Numbered from the stretch's first letter, positions 47,017-57,149 are shown. The stretch: 60,535 nucleotides of DNA from Planctomycetia bacterium (GCA_041497975.1 JBGQHN010000002.1:1-60535), one strand, 5' to 3'. The notes: a model not told the origin generated them from the letters alone. Program-made: numbers and translations.

Positions 47017-50000
47017 ATGACAGCCCGCCTGCTAAAACGATTCGCCGCGCACTACATCCTCATCATGATGTGCGTCACGCGCGCCATTGCGCTGGTGATC
47101 GGCGGGCTGTGCGTCTATTACGTCAACCTGACGTTCAATCTTTCGCTGTACAACCATTACCATTTCGAGATTGCGGCCATCATCGTCGTTCCACTGGCGG
47201 CAGTTCTTACCGTACTGATGGCGTTGTGGGAAACTCGCGATTTGCGGCACGCGCTAGCCAGCTTGAAGGCCGGCAAGCCGGTCGAACTGGCCGTCGCCGT
47301 GGCCGCCGGTCGACAGGCCGTGCTATTCCCGGGCCGCCACGCAATCCGCGAAACGATCGTCGATCCGTTTCTCACGATTCTGCCCCTGTGCATCATCCTG
47401 CGCGTTGCCGACGGCGCGCCGGCTCTGGTGATGGCCCAGATCAGCATCGCCGGATTCATGGGACTGGCGGCGTTGATCATGACCACGTTTTTCATCAGCG
47501 AGCACTGGCTGCGGCCCGTGATCCAGCACTTGCTGGACGAGGGGCTGCCGATTGCTTACACGCAGCTTCCCGAATCGAAGCTGCAGTTCCGGATGACGAT
47601 TTGCTTCGGACTAACGATCGCCGTCACCGGGCTGATGATCGGCGCCCTGGCCAACCAGCGCGCCATGGACATCATCAACTATCCCGAACAGCAATCCGAA
47701 GCCGTCGCCAGCCTGCGCGAACACACCGGTTTTATCATGCTGTTCGCGATCCTGCTGGGGTTGTTTCTGTCGCGCATGCTCTCCAATTCAATCGCCAGCC
47801 GCGCGCGGCTAATGCTCGAAGCCATGCGGCAAGTGCAGCAGGGACGATTATGCGAGCGGCTTCACCCTACGGGCAACGACGAGCTCGACATTCTGGCGCG
47901 GCAGTTTGACGTGATGGTCGAACAGCTCGACCAGAACGATCAAACCATCCGCGACTTGAACACTGACTTGGAACAAAAGGTTCGTCGTCGCACGCGACAG
48001 TTGTCGCGCAGCCGGCGAACCCTCAAGCGATCGCTCGACAAGCTCACCGAACACGATCGGATGAAAACCGAGTTCTTCTCCAACGTCAGCCACGAATTGC
48101 GCACCCCGCTCACGATGATCTTGGCGCCGGTCGATCGGTTGCTGCAACGCAAGGCCGATTCCATCGGCGCCGATGCGAACAACCTGTTGGAAATGGTCCG
48201 GCTCAATGGCTATCGGCTTTTGGACCTGATCAACCGGCTGTTGGATTTTTCCAAGCTCGAAGCCGGGCAGATGAAGCTTCAGCCGGGCCGTCTCGATCTC
48301 AATGGCCTGGTGCACAAACTGCTCGCGGCAGCCACCCCGTTGACGCAGCAGCGCGGCATCCGGCTGGAGGCCGACTGCGACCCCCAACTTCAGCCCTTTG
48401 GCGCCGACGAAGAGAAAGTCGACACGATTATCAGCAACCTGGTTTCCAACGCCATCAAATTCACGCCGCAGGGCGGCACGATCAAGGTCGAAACCCACCA
48501 GGCCGAGGATCGGGCCTGGGTTTCCATCACCGACTCGGGCATCGGCATCGACCCCTCGCAGTGCGACAGGATCTTCGAGCGCTTCGTGCAGGTTGACGGA
48601 TCGTCGTCACGCGAGTTCAGCGGCACGGGCCTTGGCCTGTCGCTGGTCAAGGGCCTCGTCGAGCTGCACGGGGGCGAAATCTACGTGCAAAGCCAACTGG
48701 GAAAGGGATCAAGATTCTGGTTCGATTTGCCGTTGCGGCCGTTGCCCGACGAGGCCCAAAAGCGCGTCGCGGCCGAGCCTGAGAAAATCGCCAAACGCTT
48801 CGCGGACCTCGATACGTACGTCGAGCGGCCGGCGCCCGTTGCCGAGGTCGAACATCAAGCCGGACCCTATGCCCCAACCGTTCTCGTCGTCGACGACACG
48901 ACGGAAATGCGCGTGCTGGTGGGAGAAATACTGCGCGAGCAGTACCATGTCCTCTTCGCGCGCGACGGGCAAGAGGGGCTCGAGGTGGCCGAGCGCGAAC
49001 ATCCCGATCTGATCATTTCCGACGTGATGATGCCGCGCATCGACGGTCAGGAATTCTGCCGGCGCATCAAGGAAAACTCCGCCACCGCGCATATCCCGTT
49101 CATCATGCTGACGGCCAAGGCCGAGCTGGCGATGAAAATCGGCGGGCTCGACTGCGGCGCGGACGACTATCTGACCAAGCCATTCGACGAGAAGGAGCTC
49201 AAGGCCCGCGTCCGATCGCTGCTGAAGCTGCGCGGGTTGCACCAGGATCTCGACCGCCGCAACCGCGACTTGCGAACCGCTTATAACGAATTGCGGGAAT
49301 TGCAGAATCAACTGGTGCAGGCCGAAAAGATGAGCTCCCTGGGGCAACTCATCGCCGGACTGGCCCACGAAATCAACAACTCGATCAATGCCGTCTACAA
49401 CGGCATCAAGCCGATGTCATCCAACATGCATCGCCTGGAAAACCTGTTGGCCGAGGTGCTTGCCGCGCCCGAGCTGGAAGGCCAGCAGCCCGTGCGTTCC
49501 GAGATTGAAGCCCTGTTTAAGAAGATCTTCTCGCTAGCCAAAGTGGTCGAGACCGGCGCATCGCGCACCGCGCGCATCGTCGCCGACCTGAAGTCGTTTT
49601 CGCATCCGGGCAACGAAGACTTTCTGGTATTTGACTTGCACGAATCGCTCGACATGTGCTTGAACCTCTTGTCCAACACGCTTCGCGACCGCATCGAAGT
49701 GCATCGGGATTACGGTCCGATCGGTCGCATTTACGGCCCCAGCGGACAGCTCAACCAGGTATTCATGAACATCTTGAACAATGCGCAGCAAGCCATCACG
49801 GGAGAGGGCGCGATCTTTGTCACAACCCGCCAGGAAGGAGACTCGGTCAGCGTCACCATTCGTGATACGGGCCCCGGAATTCCGGAATCGATTCGGGACA
49901 AGATTTTTGATCCGTTCTTTACGACCAAGGATCCCGGCCATGGCACCGGCATGGGCCTGTCGCTCAGCTTCGGATTGATCACGAAGCTCGGCGGCACCAT

Positions 50001-50130
50001 CGAATGCAAGAGTATCGTCGGGCAAGGAGCCGAGTTTGTCGTCCGATTTCCGTGCGTCGCCGAAGCGCCCAACGACCCCGACGTCGAGGACGCCACGGCA
50101 GAATTTGTTGTTGAGAGGGCGGGGCGATGA
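47017..50130 (+). CDS. Hybrid sensor histidine kinase with architecture TM-HAMP-HisKA-HATPase-REC-HisKA-HATPase
   Basis: Several N-terminal TM helices and a HAMP-like segment (GNDELDILARQFDVMVEQL) are present. The first kinase core has H-box FFSNVSHELRTPLT and G-box GTGLGLSLVKGLVELHGG. The receiver has VLVVDDT...DLIISDVMMPRIDG...LTAK...DDYLTKPF. A second H-box LIAGLAHEINNSINAV and second G-box GTGMGLSLSFGLITKLGG follow. Confidence 0.9.
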   Translation: MTARLLKRFAAHYILIMMCVTRAIALVIGGLCVYYVNLTFNLSLYNHYHFEIAAIIVVPLAAVLTVLMALWETRDLRHALASLKAGKPVELAVAVAAGRQAVLFPGRHAIRETIVDPFLTILPLCIILRVADGAPALVMAQISIAGFMGLAALIMTTFFISEHWLRPVIQHLLDEGLPIAYTQLPESKLQFRMTICFGLTIAVTGLMIGALANQRAMDIINYPEQQSEAVASLREHTGFIMLFAILLGLFLSRMLSNSIASRARLMLEAMRQVQQGRLCERLHPTGNDELDILARQFDVMVEQLDQNDQTIRDLNTDLEQKVRRRTRQLSRSRRTLKRSLDKLTEHDRMKTEFFSNVSHELRTPLTMILAPVDRLLQRKADSIGADANNLLEMVRLNGYRLLDLINRLLDFSKLEAGQMKLQPGRLDLNGLVHKLLAAATPLTQQRGIRLEADCDPQLQPFGADEEKVDTIISNLVSNAIKFTPQGGTIKVETHQAEDRAWVSITDSGIGIDPSQCDRIFERFVQVDGSSSREFSGTGLGLSLVKGLVELHGGEIYVQSQLGKGSRFWFDLPLRPLPDEAQKRVAAEPEKIAKRFADLDTYVERPAPVAEVEHQAGPYAPTVLVVDDTTEMRVLVGEILREQYHVLFARDGQEGLEVAEREHPDLIISDVMMPRIDGQEFCRRIKENSATAHIPFIMLTAKAELAMKIGGLDCGADDYLTKPFDEKELKARVRSLLKLRGLHQDLDRRNRDLRTAYNELRELQNQLVQAEKMSSLGQLIAGLAHEINNSINAVYNGIKPMSSNMHRLENLLAEVLAAPELEGQQPVRSEIEALFKKIFSLAKVVETGASRTARIVADLKSFSHPGNEDFLVFDLHESLDMCLNLLSNTLRDRIEVHRDYGPIGRIYGPSGQLNQVFMNILNNAQQAITGEGAIFVTTRQEGDSVSVTIRDTGPGIPESIRDKIFDPFFTTKDPGHGTGMGLSLSFGLITKLGGTIECKSIVGQGAEFVVRFPCVAEAPNDPDVEDATAEFVVERAGR

Positions 50131-51299
50131 AACGAGACGTGCTGTACGTGGATGATGAGCCGGAGAATCTCATCGTTTTCCAGGCCACGTTCGAAGAACA
50201 CTTTAACGTCATTACGGCCGAAAGCGGTCGCGAAGCGCTCGACTTGCTGGCCGACAGGTCGTTTCCGGTCGTGGTCTCGGACCAGCGCATGCCCCGCATG
50301 TCGGGCGCCGAATTGTTCGAAGTCATGCGGCACAAGTTTCCGCACACCAAGCGGGTGATGCTCACGGGCTACGCCGACTCGAAGGCCATGCTCGATGCCA
50401 TCAACCAAGGTCAGGTGTTCTACTTCATCAGGAAACCTTGGGAGCAGGACCTGGTTTTTTCAACCCTGGTCCGCGCGATCGAAGCTTACGACATGTCGAT
50501 AGCAAACATGGTTTTGCAAGACCGGCTGGTGGCCTCCGACCGCTGCGCGATGCTCGGCCGGTCCGCCGCTCAACTGGCCCACGAAATGGGCAACCAATTG
50601 TGCATGCTGCCGTTACTGGAGCTGATCGAGGACCAGTACAGCGACCAGGAAAACCTGGTGCGCATGGCGGGATTCGCCCGTTCCACTTACGAGCGCCTGG
50701 TGCAAATCATCAACGAGGTCAAGGCCTTTGTCCGTTTCGAGCGCGAAGACGTGATCACACAACCGATCAGTCTTTCGGAAGTCGTGCACGAGCTGGTCGA
50801 GTTCCTAAGATTCGAACGCAGCCTGCCGCTCGCGCAATTCAGCGTGCAGATCGAGACCGAGCTGTGCGTCAAAGCACATCGAGTGAAACTGCAACAAGTG
50901 CTCCTGAACCTGCTTAAGAATGCCGCCCACGCGATACGCGGCACCGAATCCGGGCGCATTTCGCTGGCGATTGCCGCCGTGGACGGCCAGGCCGTGATTA
51001 CGGTCGCCGACAATGGGTGCGGAATGACGCCGGAAGTCGCGGCGCGGATCTGGGAACCATTCTTCACCACCAAGGGCGAGGAGGGGACCGGACTGGGACT
51101 CGACGTCGCCAAATCGATCATCGAGGCCCACGGCGGCTCGATCGACTGCGAAACGGCGCCCGGGCAGGGAGCCACGTTTACGATTCGCTTACCAAAGTGG
51201 GAGGCCACCGACGTCGATCCGCGGCGCGACGCGACGCGGCCCATCGCCATTGTGCCCCAAGAGTCGCCCGCGCCGTCATTGGCGCAGCACGCTACGTAG
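50127..51299 (+). CDS. Response-regulator receiver fused to histidine kinase core (REC-HisKA-HATPase)
   Basis: The receiver has VLYVDDEPENL...VVVSDQRMPRMSG...MLTGYAD. The kinase core has H-box-like SAAQLAHEMGNQL and G-box GTGLGLDVAKSIIEAHGG. Its ATG overlaps the upstream TGA (ATGA at 50127-50130). Confidence 0.9.
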   Translation: MKRDVLYVDDEPENLIVFQATFEEHFNVITAESGREALDLLADRSFPVVVSDQRMPRMSGAELFEVMRHKFPHTKRVMLTGYADSKAMLDAINQGQVFYFIRKPWEQDLVFSTLVRAIEAYDMSIANMVLQDRLVASDRCAMLGRSAAQLAHEMGNQLCMLPLLELIEDQYSDQENLVRMAGFARSTYERLVQIINEVKAFVRFEREDVITQPISLSEVVHELVEFLRFERSLPLAQFSVQIETELCVKAHRVKLQQVLLNLLKNAAHAIRGTESGRISLAIAAVDGQAVITVADNGCGMTPEVAARIWEPFFTTKGEEGTGLGLDVAKSIIEAHGGSIDCETAPGQGATFTIRLPKWEATDVDPRRDATRPIAIVPQESPAPSLAQHAT

Positions 51300-51349
51300 G
51301 AAACACCCGGCCTGCCCCGCGCAAGCCCCACGATTATGGAGATCCATCG

Positions 51350-52306
51350 ATGAAGATTCTGCTCGTCAGTCCGCGCGGCTTTTGCGCGGGAGTCAACATG
51401 GCGATCGAAGCCCTCGAGCGCGCCATCGCCATGTTTGGAACGCCACTCTACGTATTTCACGAGATCGTGCACAACCGCCACGTGGTCGAGGGTTTTCGCC
51501 GCAAGGGCGTGGTGTTTGTCGACGAAGTGCACGAGGTGCCCCCCGGCAGCCACCTGATGTACAGCGCGCACGGCATTTCTCCGGCCGTGCGCCAGGCCGC
51601 CCAAGAGCGCCAACTGCGAGTCATCGACGCCACGTGCCCGCTGGTGCGCAAAGTGCATCTCGAGGCCGTTCGCTTCGCCCGGCTCGGCTATTCGATCGTG
51701 CTGGTCGGTCATCGCGATCACGATGAGGTCGTGGGCACATTGGGCGAGGCACCCGATCGGATAACGCTGGTGGAAACCGTCGAAGACGTCGACCGCTTGG
51801 AAGTGCCCGATCCCGACAAGGTCGCTTACCTGACGCAAACCACGCTGAGCGTCGACGACGCCAACGTGCTCATCGACCGCTTAAGGCGGCGTTTTCCCAA
51901 TTGCGTCGGCTCTCACAAGGAAGACATCTGCTACGCCACACAGAACCGCCAAGAGGCACTCAAGGCCGGGGTCGCCAAGGCCGACGTGGTCTTGGTGTTT
52001 GGCAGCAAGAACAGCTCCAACAGCATTCGCCTGACGGAAGTTGCCCGTGAGTTCCAACGTCCCACGTACCTGGTTGATAGCGTGAGCGAGATCGACCCGG
52101 CGTGGTTTCGTGGCGACGAGACCGTGCTGATCACCGCCGGTGCCAGCGCGCCAGAGGATCTCGTGGTCGAGTGTATCGATTATTTGAGCCGCACATTTGG
52201 CGGAACGACTGAGCATTTGGCAGTTCGGGAGGAACACGTTGAGTTTCCGCTGCCGTTAGAAGTTCGCCCGCTCGCCGGGGGTGCCGCCGCGGCCACGGGA
52301 TCGTAG
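51350..52306 (+). CDS. ispH: 4-hydroxy-3-methylbut-2-enyl diphosphate reductase (IspH/LytB)
   Basis: ATG at 51350 lies inside ORF 51017..52306. The three cluster cysteines sit in conserved contexts: PRGFCAGV, DATCPLVRKVH and EDICYATQNRQ. VGHRDHDEV and GSKNSSNS are also present. Confidence 0.92.
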   Translation: MKILLVSPRGFCAGVNMAIEALERAIAMFGTPLYVFHEIVHNRHVVEGFRRKGVVFVDEVHEVPPGSHLMYSAHGISPAVRQAAQERQLRVIDATCPLVRKVHLEAVRFARLGYSIVLVGHRDHDEVVGTLGEAPDRITLVETVEDVDRLEVPDPDKVAYLTQTTLSVDDANVLIDRLRRRFPNCVGSHKEDICYATQNRQEALKAGVAKADVVLVFGSKNSSNSIRLTEVAREFQRPTYLVDSVSEIDPAWFRGDETVLITAGASAPEDLVVECIDYLSRTFGGTTEHLAVREEHVEFPLPLEVRPLAGGAAAATGS

Positions 52307-52508
52307 CCAATACGTCGACGATATCGTTTCAGGCGGTACCAGCGGAAGAAATTAGAATGAATTCTCCAGAGTCCGTCATCACGGCGACGATCTGAAGTCT
52401 GCGTCTCGCAATTCTTTGCGGAGAAGCCTGCCACTTTAGGCAAACTTTAGCGGACGGCGGGCACTTTACGGGTGACTCCCCACGGTTACAGACGACGGAG
52501 CGCGATTC

Positions 52509-53789
52509 ATGAAGCTGCGCCGAATGCTCGGTATTGCTGCATTAGGTCTTCTATGCTGGCATCCTTGCGCTTCTCGGGCCGACGGCCTGGTACGCGACGG
52601 CCTGGGCCCTATCTCCACCGGCCGCGGCGGAACGAACCAGGCCTTTGCCGACAATGCGGTCATCATTCTCGACAATCCGGGCTCGCTGGTTAACGTGGCC
52701 GGCAACGGATTGGCCGAAGTCGGCGCCGATACCGTCATCACGGTCGTCGACTACTCCAATCCGTTTAACGACGTCAACAGCAAGATCCGCCCGTTGCCGA
52801 TGCCCGTGCTGGGCTACATTCGCAAGAGCGAGGACTGCCGCTGGGCCTGGGGCATCGGGGCCTTCGCTCCGGCGGGCTTTGGCGCATCCTACGGCGTGTT
52901 GAACAACCCGGTGGTCGGCCCCAATCTGTACCGCTCAATCGGCGGCATGGCCAAGATCCTGCCGGCCCTTTCCTACAAGGTCAACGACCGGCTCAGTATC
53001 GGTGGCTCGGTCGGTATCGCCTTCAGCCACGTCGCGTTGGACGGCCCATTCTTCATGCAATCGCCCCCGCTGACCGGACTGCCGGCGGTTCTCGACCTGC
53101 AGGGAACGGGCGTCGCGCCCACCGGGTCGGTCGGCATGCAGTACCAGTTGACGGAGCGCACCGTGTTGGGGGCCTCGTATACGGAACAGACAAACTTCGA
53201 TCTGCGCGGCCACGTTCAATCCGTGTTGTTTCCCGGGTTCCCCCTCGCGAGCGACTTCGACACCAAGATCCACATGAAGTGGCCGCGGTCGGTGGCCGTG
53301 GGACTCAAGCACGAGATTTGCCCTCACCGGCGCGTTTCGGCCGACGTGATCTGGTACGACTGGGCCCACGCGTTCGACCAGATCAATTTAGAATTGACGA
53401 ACCCCTCGAATCCCATCGTGTCGGGGCTGTTGGCCGGTCGCCCGGTCCACGATGTCTTTCCGCTGAATTGGACCAATTCGGTTTCGATGCGGCTGGGCTA
53501 TGAGTGGCTGCCAAACGATCGCGACACGTGGCGCACCGGATACGTCTACCATGGCAGTCCCGTGCCCGACTCCACGCTCAATCCGTATCTCGACGGCGTG
53601 CTGAATCACGCGTTCAGCCTGGGCTATAGCCGCAATCTGGGACGTGCCATCTTCAATGCCGCCTACCAGTACAATTTCGGCAAGCATCGACACGTCAACG
53701 ACAGCATCCTCGTGGGCGGCGATTTCGACAACTCATCGCTCAACGCCCAAGCGCACTTTGCGATGTTGAGCTTGCTGTGCCCCTTTTGA
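52509..53789 (+). CDS. Outer membrane transport protein of the OMPP1/FadL/TodX family
   Basis: A signal peptide is followed by GLGPISTGRGGTNQAFADNAVIILDNPGSL, the family N-terminal hatch motif. An alternating beta-strand pattern runs throughout, and the C-terminal residue is Phe. Confidence 0.8.
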   Translation: MKLRRMLGIAALGLLCWHPCASRADGLVRDGLGPISTGRGGTNQAFADNAVIILDNPGSLVNVAGNGLAEVGADTVITVVDYSNPFNDVNSKIRPLPMPVLGYIRKSEDCRWAWGIGAFAPAGFGASYGVLNNPVVGPNLYRSIGGMAKILPALSYKVNDRLSIGGSVGIAFSHVALDGPFFMQSPPLTGLPAVLDLQGTGVAPTGSVGMQYQLTERTVLGASYTEQTNFDLRGHVQSVLFPGFPLASDFDTKIHMKWPRSVAVGLKHEICPHRRVSADVIWYDWAHAFDQINLELTNPSNPIVSGLLAGRPVHDVFPLNWTNSVSMRLGYEWLPNDRDTWRTGYVYHGSPVPDSTLNPYLDGVLNHAFSLGYSRNLGRAIFNAAYQYNFGKHRHVNDSILVGGDFDNSSLNAQAHFAMLSLLCPF

Positions 53790-53912
53790 TGGCGAACCGC
53801 TTCTTCTCGGCCGTCCATCACACCGCGCGGGTCCTCGTCCCCCGGGTGTAACCGCGGGCGCGGTTCCGCTAGAATTAGGCGTGGATGTGACATCGCGACG
53901 CGGCGCCCACGC

Positions 53913-55880
53913 ATGATAGATTCCGACTTTGCCATCCAGACCGCTCTGGTCCATCACCAGGCCGGTCAACTGCTACAAGCCGAGCAGATTTACCGGCGAA
54001 TCCTCGAAGCAGAGCCGCGAAACGTCCAAGCGCTGCACTTGCTGGGCGTCATCGCTTCGCAAACCGGCCGGCATGAGGCGGCCATCAAGCTGATCTCCGA
54101 CGCCATCGAATTGGACGCCAACAACGCGATTCTGCATCTCAATCTGGGCGAAGCCTATCGCGAAGCGGGCAAACTCGACCTTGCTCGAGCCAGCTATGTC
54201 AAGGCATCCGCCCTCGACTCGCGATGGCCGAAGCCGCACTTCTACCTGGCGCTTGCGTACGCTGCCCAGGGCGACTTGCAAGCCGCCGAAGAATGCTGCC
54301 GACGCGCGATTCTGCTCGATCCAAACGATGCCGCGGCCCATTATTCGTTGGGCAACATATTGAAACAACGCGGCGATTCCGAGGCCGCCATCGCCAGCTA
54401 CCAGAGGGCGGTCGACGCGGATCCAAATTTCTTCGAGGCTATCCTGAACCTCGGAAGCGTGTTACGCGAATGCGGTCGTGTCGTCGAGGCCCGAGCGTAT
54501 TTGCACCGCGCGATCCAACTCCAACCGCGCGTCGCCGAGGGATTCTATTTCTTGGCCAATCTGGAAGGGTCGTGCGGAAACTGGGCTCTGGCGATCGAAT
54601 ACTACCGTCGGGCGCTGGCGTTGAACCCGAAGATGGTTGCGGCCGAAGCTCGGCTCGCCACGGCGCTGCAAACTCAGGGGATACTTGAGGAGGCCGTCGT
54701 GCATTACCGACGGGCCATCGAGCTTCAGCCCGACTTCGGCGAAGCCTACTACAACCTGGGCACCGCCCTGGCCGAGCAGGGGCACATGCCCGAAGCGGCT
54801 GAGCAATACGAATTGGCGATCCAACATAATCCAGGCTTCATCTCCGCGCACATCAACCTGGCCGGCTTTTATCAAGACAATGGCCAGGAGGACCGGGCAC
54901 TGGTCCACATCGATCGGGCGCTCGAGATCGATCCACAGGCTCCCGAGCCCCGTTTCAACCGCGCGTTGATCTTCTTGCGGCGGGGCGAGCTGGCCGCTGG
55001 TTGGGGCGATTTCCAAGCACGCCTGCGGCTGAAAGGATTTCCGGTACAGGCCAGAACCGAGCCCTTGTGGGACGGCTCGCAAATTCTCGGAAAGACGCTG
55101 CTGGCGCATTGGGAACAAGGCTTGGGCGACACGTTGCATTTCATCCGCTATGCGCCGTTGGCCAAGGAGCGCTGCGCCAGGGTCGTGCTGCAAGTTCAAA
55201 CCGCGCTGGTACCGCTGCTGCGGCAGGCCGGGCTTGAAGAGATTTTTGGCGACGACGACCCGCTGCCCCCCTGCGATGTCCAAGCGCCCCTGATGAGCCT
55301 GCCGGGAATGCTGGGAACCACCTTGGCCAATATTCCCGCCGAGGTTCCGTACTTGTCCGTTCCCGACACGGTCATCGCTCGATGGCAAGAACGACTCGCC
55401 ACGCTCGGCGGACTGCGCGTGGGAATCGCCTGGCAGGGCAGCCCGACGCACATTAGCGACCGGGCACGCTCGATTCCACTGGCCGAGTTCGAACCACTGG
55501 CGCGCATCGCCGGAGTGACGCTGGTCAATTTGCAGAAGCACGACGGCGTTGAGCAACTGGACGAAGTGAAGTTCGCCGTCCATCGGCTCGAAGGCGATTG
55601 GGACGAGACAGCCGGTCCCTTTGTCGACACTGCGGGTGTCATGAAGAACCTGGACCTGGTCATCACCGCCGATACCGCCATAGCGCATTTAGCCGGCGCC
55701 ATGGGAGTGAACGTCTGGGTCGCGCTCGATGTGCACTGCGATTGGCGCTGGATGCGCGACCGCGAAGATACGCCGTGGTATCCCACGATGCGCCTGTTTC
55801 GCCAGGCTCAAAAGGGAAATTGGACCGACGTCTTCGGGCGCATCGCCGCGCAACTGGAGCGCTATCGATGCCCGAAATAA
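53913..55880 (+). CDS. TPR-repeat protein with C-terminal glycosyltransferase-family-9-like domain
   Basis: At least 9 TPR units are present (AEQIYRRILEAEPRNVQALHLLG, AIASYQRAVDADPNF, AVVHYRRAIELQPDF and others). The C-terminal LGDTLHFIRYAPL, VGIAWQGSP and DLVITADTAIAHLAGAMG resemble the heptosyltransferase-like (GT9) fold. Confidence 0.75.
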   Translation: MIDSDFAIQTALVHHQAGQLLQAEQIYRRILEAEPRNVQALHLLGVIASQTGRHEAAIKLISDAIELDANNAILHLNLGEAYREAGKLDLARASYVKASALDSRWPKPHFYLALAYAAQGDLQAAEECCRRAILLDPNDAAAHYSLGNILKQRGDSEAAIASYQRAVDADPNFFEAILNLGSVLRECGRVVEARAYLHRAIQLQPRVAEGFYFLANLEGSCGNWALAIEYYRRALALNPKMVAAEARLATALQTQGILEEAVVHYRRAIELQPDFGEAYYNLGTALAEQGHMPEAAEQYELAIQHNPGFISAHINLAGFYQDNGQEDRALVHIDRALEIDPQAPEPRFNRALIFLRRGELAAGWGDFQARLRLKGFPVQARTEPLWDGSQILGKTLLAHWEQGLGDTLHFIRYAPLAKERCARVVLQVQTALVPLLRQAGLEEIFGDDDPLPPCDVQAPLMSLPGMLGTTLANIPAEVPYLSVPDTVIARWQERLATLGGLRVGIAWQGSPTHISDRARSIPLAEFEPLARIAGVTLVNLQKHDGVEQLDEVKFAVHRLEGDWDETAGPFVDTAGVMKNLDLVITADTAIAHLAGAMGVNVWVALDVHCDWRWMRDREDTPWYPTMRLFRQAQKGNWTDVFGRIAAQLERYRCPK

Positions 55881-55905
55881 CTCAGGGCCGATGCAATTCG
55901 CTCGC

Positions 55906-56553
55906 CTACGGCAACACGCGCATGCGAACGGCCTTGAAATCAAGCCGCGTGCCGTGATTCTGCAATCCGACATAGCCGCTCGCGCGCTTGATGCCCGGAT
56001 GTTCGCCCTCCTTGTCCTTGTGTTCATCCAGCTTAGCGTCCACGATGGCGACGTCGTTCAGCTTGACTTTCACGCTGCGACCATCGCAGACGATGTGCAT
56101 GGATTGCCATTGGCCGGCTTTCTTGCTCGCGCGCGTCTTGGGAGCCACCACGCCATACAAGCTGCCACAATACTGAAAGGGCTGCAGCTTGGCAAACTCG
56201 GGGGCATCGTCGTCGAGGATTTGAATTTCCATCCCGGCAAAGGCCGGGTTTCCTTGATGTGGGGCGCGCAGAAAAACTCCGCTATTCCCACCTGGCGGAA
56301 CGCGAAACTGCAATTCCAGCTCAAAGTTGACGTATTCGTCGGCCGTCGATAGCCAGCCGCCTCCGCCGCCGCTGCAATAGAGCATTCCGTCCTCCACCTT
56401 CCAGCTCGCCAGCGGACCATCAATCGCTTTCCACCCGGAAAGGTCCACGCCATTGAATAGAGTTTTCCATTCCTCGGCGCTTGCCTGTTGCGCGCCACCC
56501 GCCACTCCGCCGACGAGTGCCGCCAAAATCAATGCCAAACGTTGCATGCACAT
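55906..56553 (-). CDS. Secreted DUF1080 (3-keto-disaccharide hydrolase-like, concanavalin fold) protein
   Basis: A signal peptide is followed by WKTLFNGVDLSGWK, WKVEDGMLY, NFELELQFRVPPGGNSGVFLRAP, EIQILDD and GYVGLQNHGTRLDFKAVRM, typical of DUF1080. Confidence 0.8.
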   Translation of the reverse strand: MCMQRLALILAALVGGVAGGAQQASAEEWKTLFNGVDLSGWKAIDGPLASWKVEDGMLYCSGGGGGWLSTADEYVNFELELQFRVPPGGNSGVFLRAPHQGNPAFAGMEIQILDDDAPEFAKLQPFQYCGSLYGVVAPKTRASKKAGQWQSMHIVCDGRSVKVKLNDVAIVDAKLDEHKDKEGEHPGIKRASGYVGLQNHGTRLDFKAVRMRVLP

Positions 56554-56663
56554 TTCTCCGGATAAGGCTGGGGAAACAAATCACGCGTCGAGTTGCTCGA
56601 TCGCGGCGGCTTTCAAACTAACGGTTCCTCCGGCCGTGGGCAACCCTCGCTGCAAACGGGCGT

Positions 56664-57149
56664 TTATTCCAGCTCGCAGACCGCGAGATTGCCGAAACAT
56701 TCGTCGACCTCGATGCGTATCTTCTGCGGCCGGCATCCGGCGCGAGCCTGGATGTCGTCGGAGAGCCGTTGAGCGATATAACGGGCCAAAAGCTCCGACG
56801 TGGTATTGGCAACAGGCAAGAGCATGCAGTCGCCACGCGGAAACACCCAGCGACGGTCGCGAAACGTCGCCTCGACCTCGCGGTCGTCCGCCACTACGCG
56901 AATCAGCGGATGACCGGTAGGCAAAAGCATGTGATGGTCCAACTCGTCTACGATCTTTTTGAGCGTGTCGCGCAGCGCGATAAAGTCGATCACGTAGCGA
57001 TTTTCGTCCAACGCACCATGCACTTCCGCCGCCACGCGGTAATTGTGTCCATGCAGCCGTTCACAGACGTCGCCGTTATAGGTGATGAAGTGCCCGGCGC
57101 TAAACACCAGGTAATCCTTCGAGATGCGAACGTGGTAGCGATCGGCCAC
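56664..57149 (-). CDS. 6-pyruvoyl-tetrahydropterin synthase / QueD-family protein
   Basis: FSAGHFI...CERLHGHNYRV carries the C-x3-HGH zinc/catalytic motif of the PTPS/QueD family. The size is 161 aa. Confidence 0.8.
   Translation of the reverse strand: MADRYHVRISKDYLVFSAGHFITYNGDVCERLHGHNYRVAAEVHGALDENRYVIDFIALRDTLKKIVDELDHHMLLPTGHPLIRVVADDREVEATFRDRRWVFPRGDCMLLPVANTTSELLARYIAQRLSDDIQARAGCRPQKIRIEVDECFGNLAVCELE

Noticed and set aside
46992-47909. 305-aa alternative-frame ORF overlapping the start of the hybrid histidine kinase gene
   Set aside because: It has an Arg/Pro/Ala-rich composition with no motifs. The overlapping frame encodes clear TM helices and a HAMP/HisKA domain.
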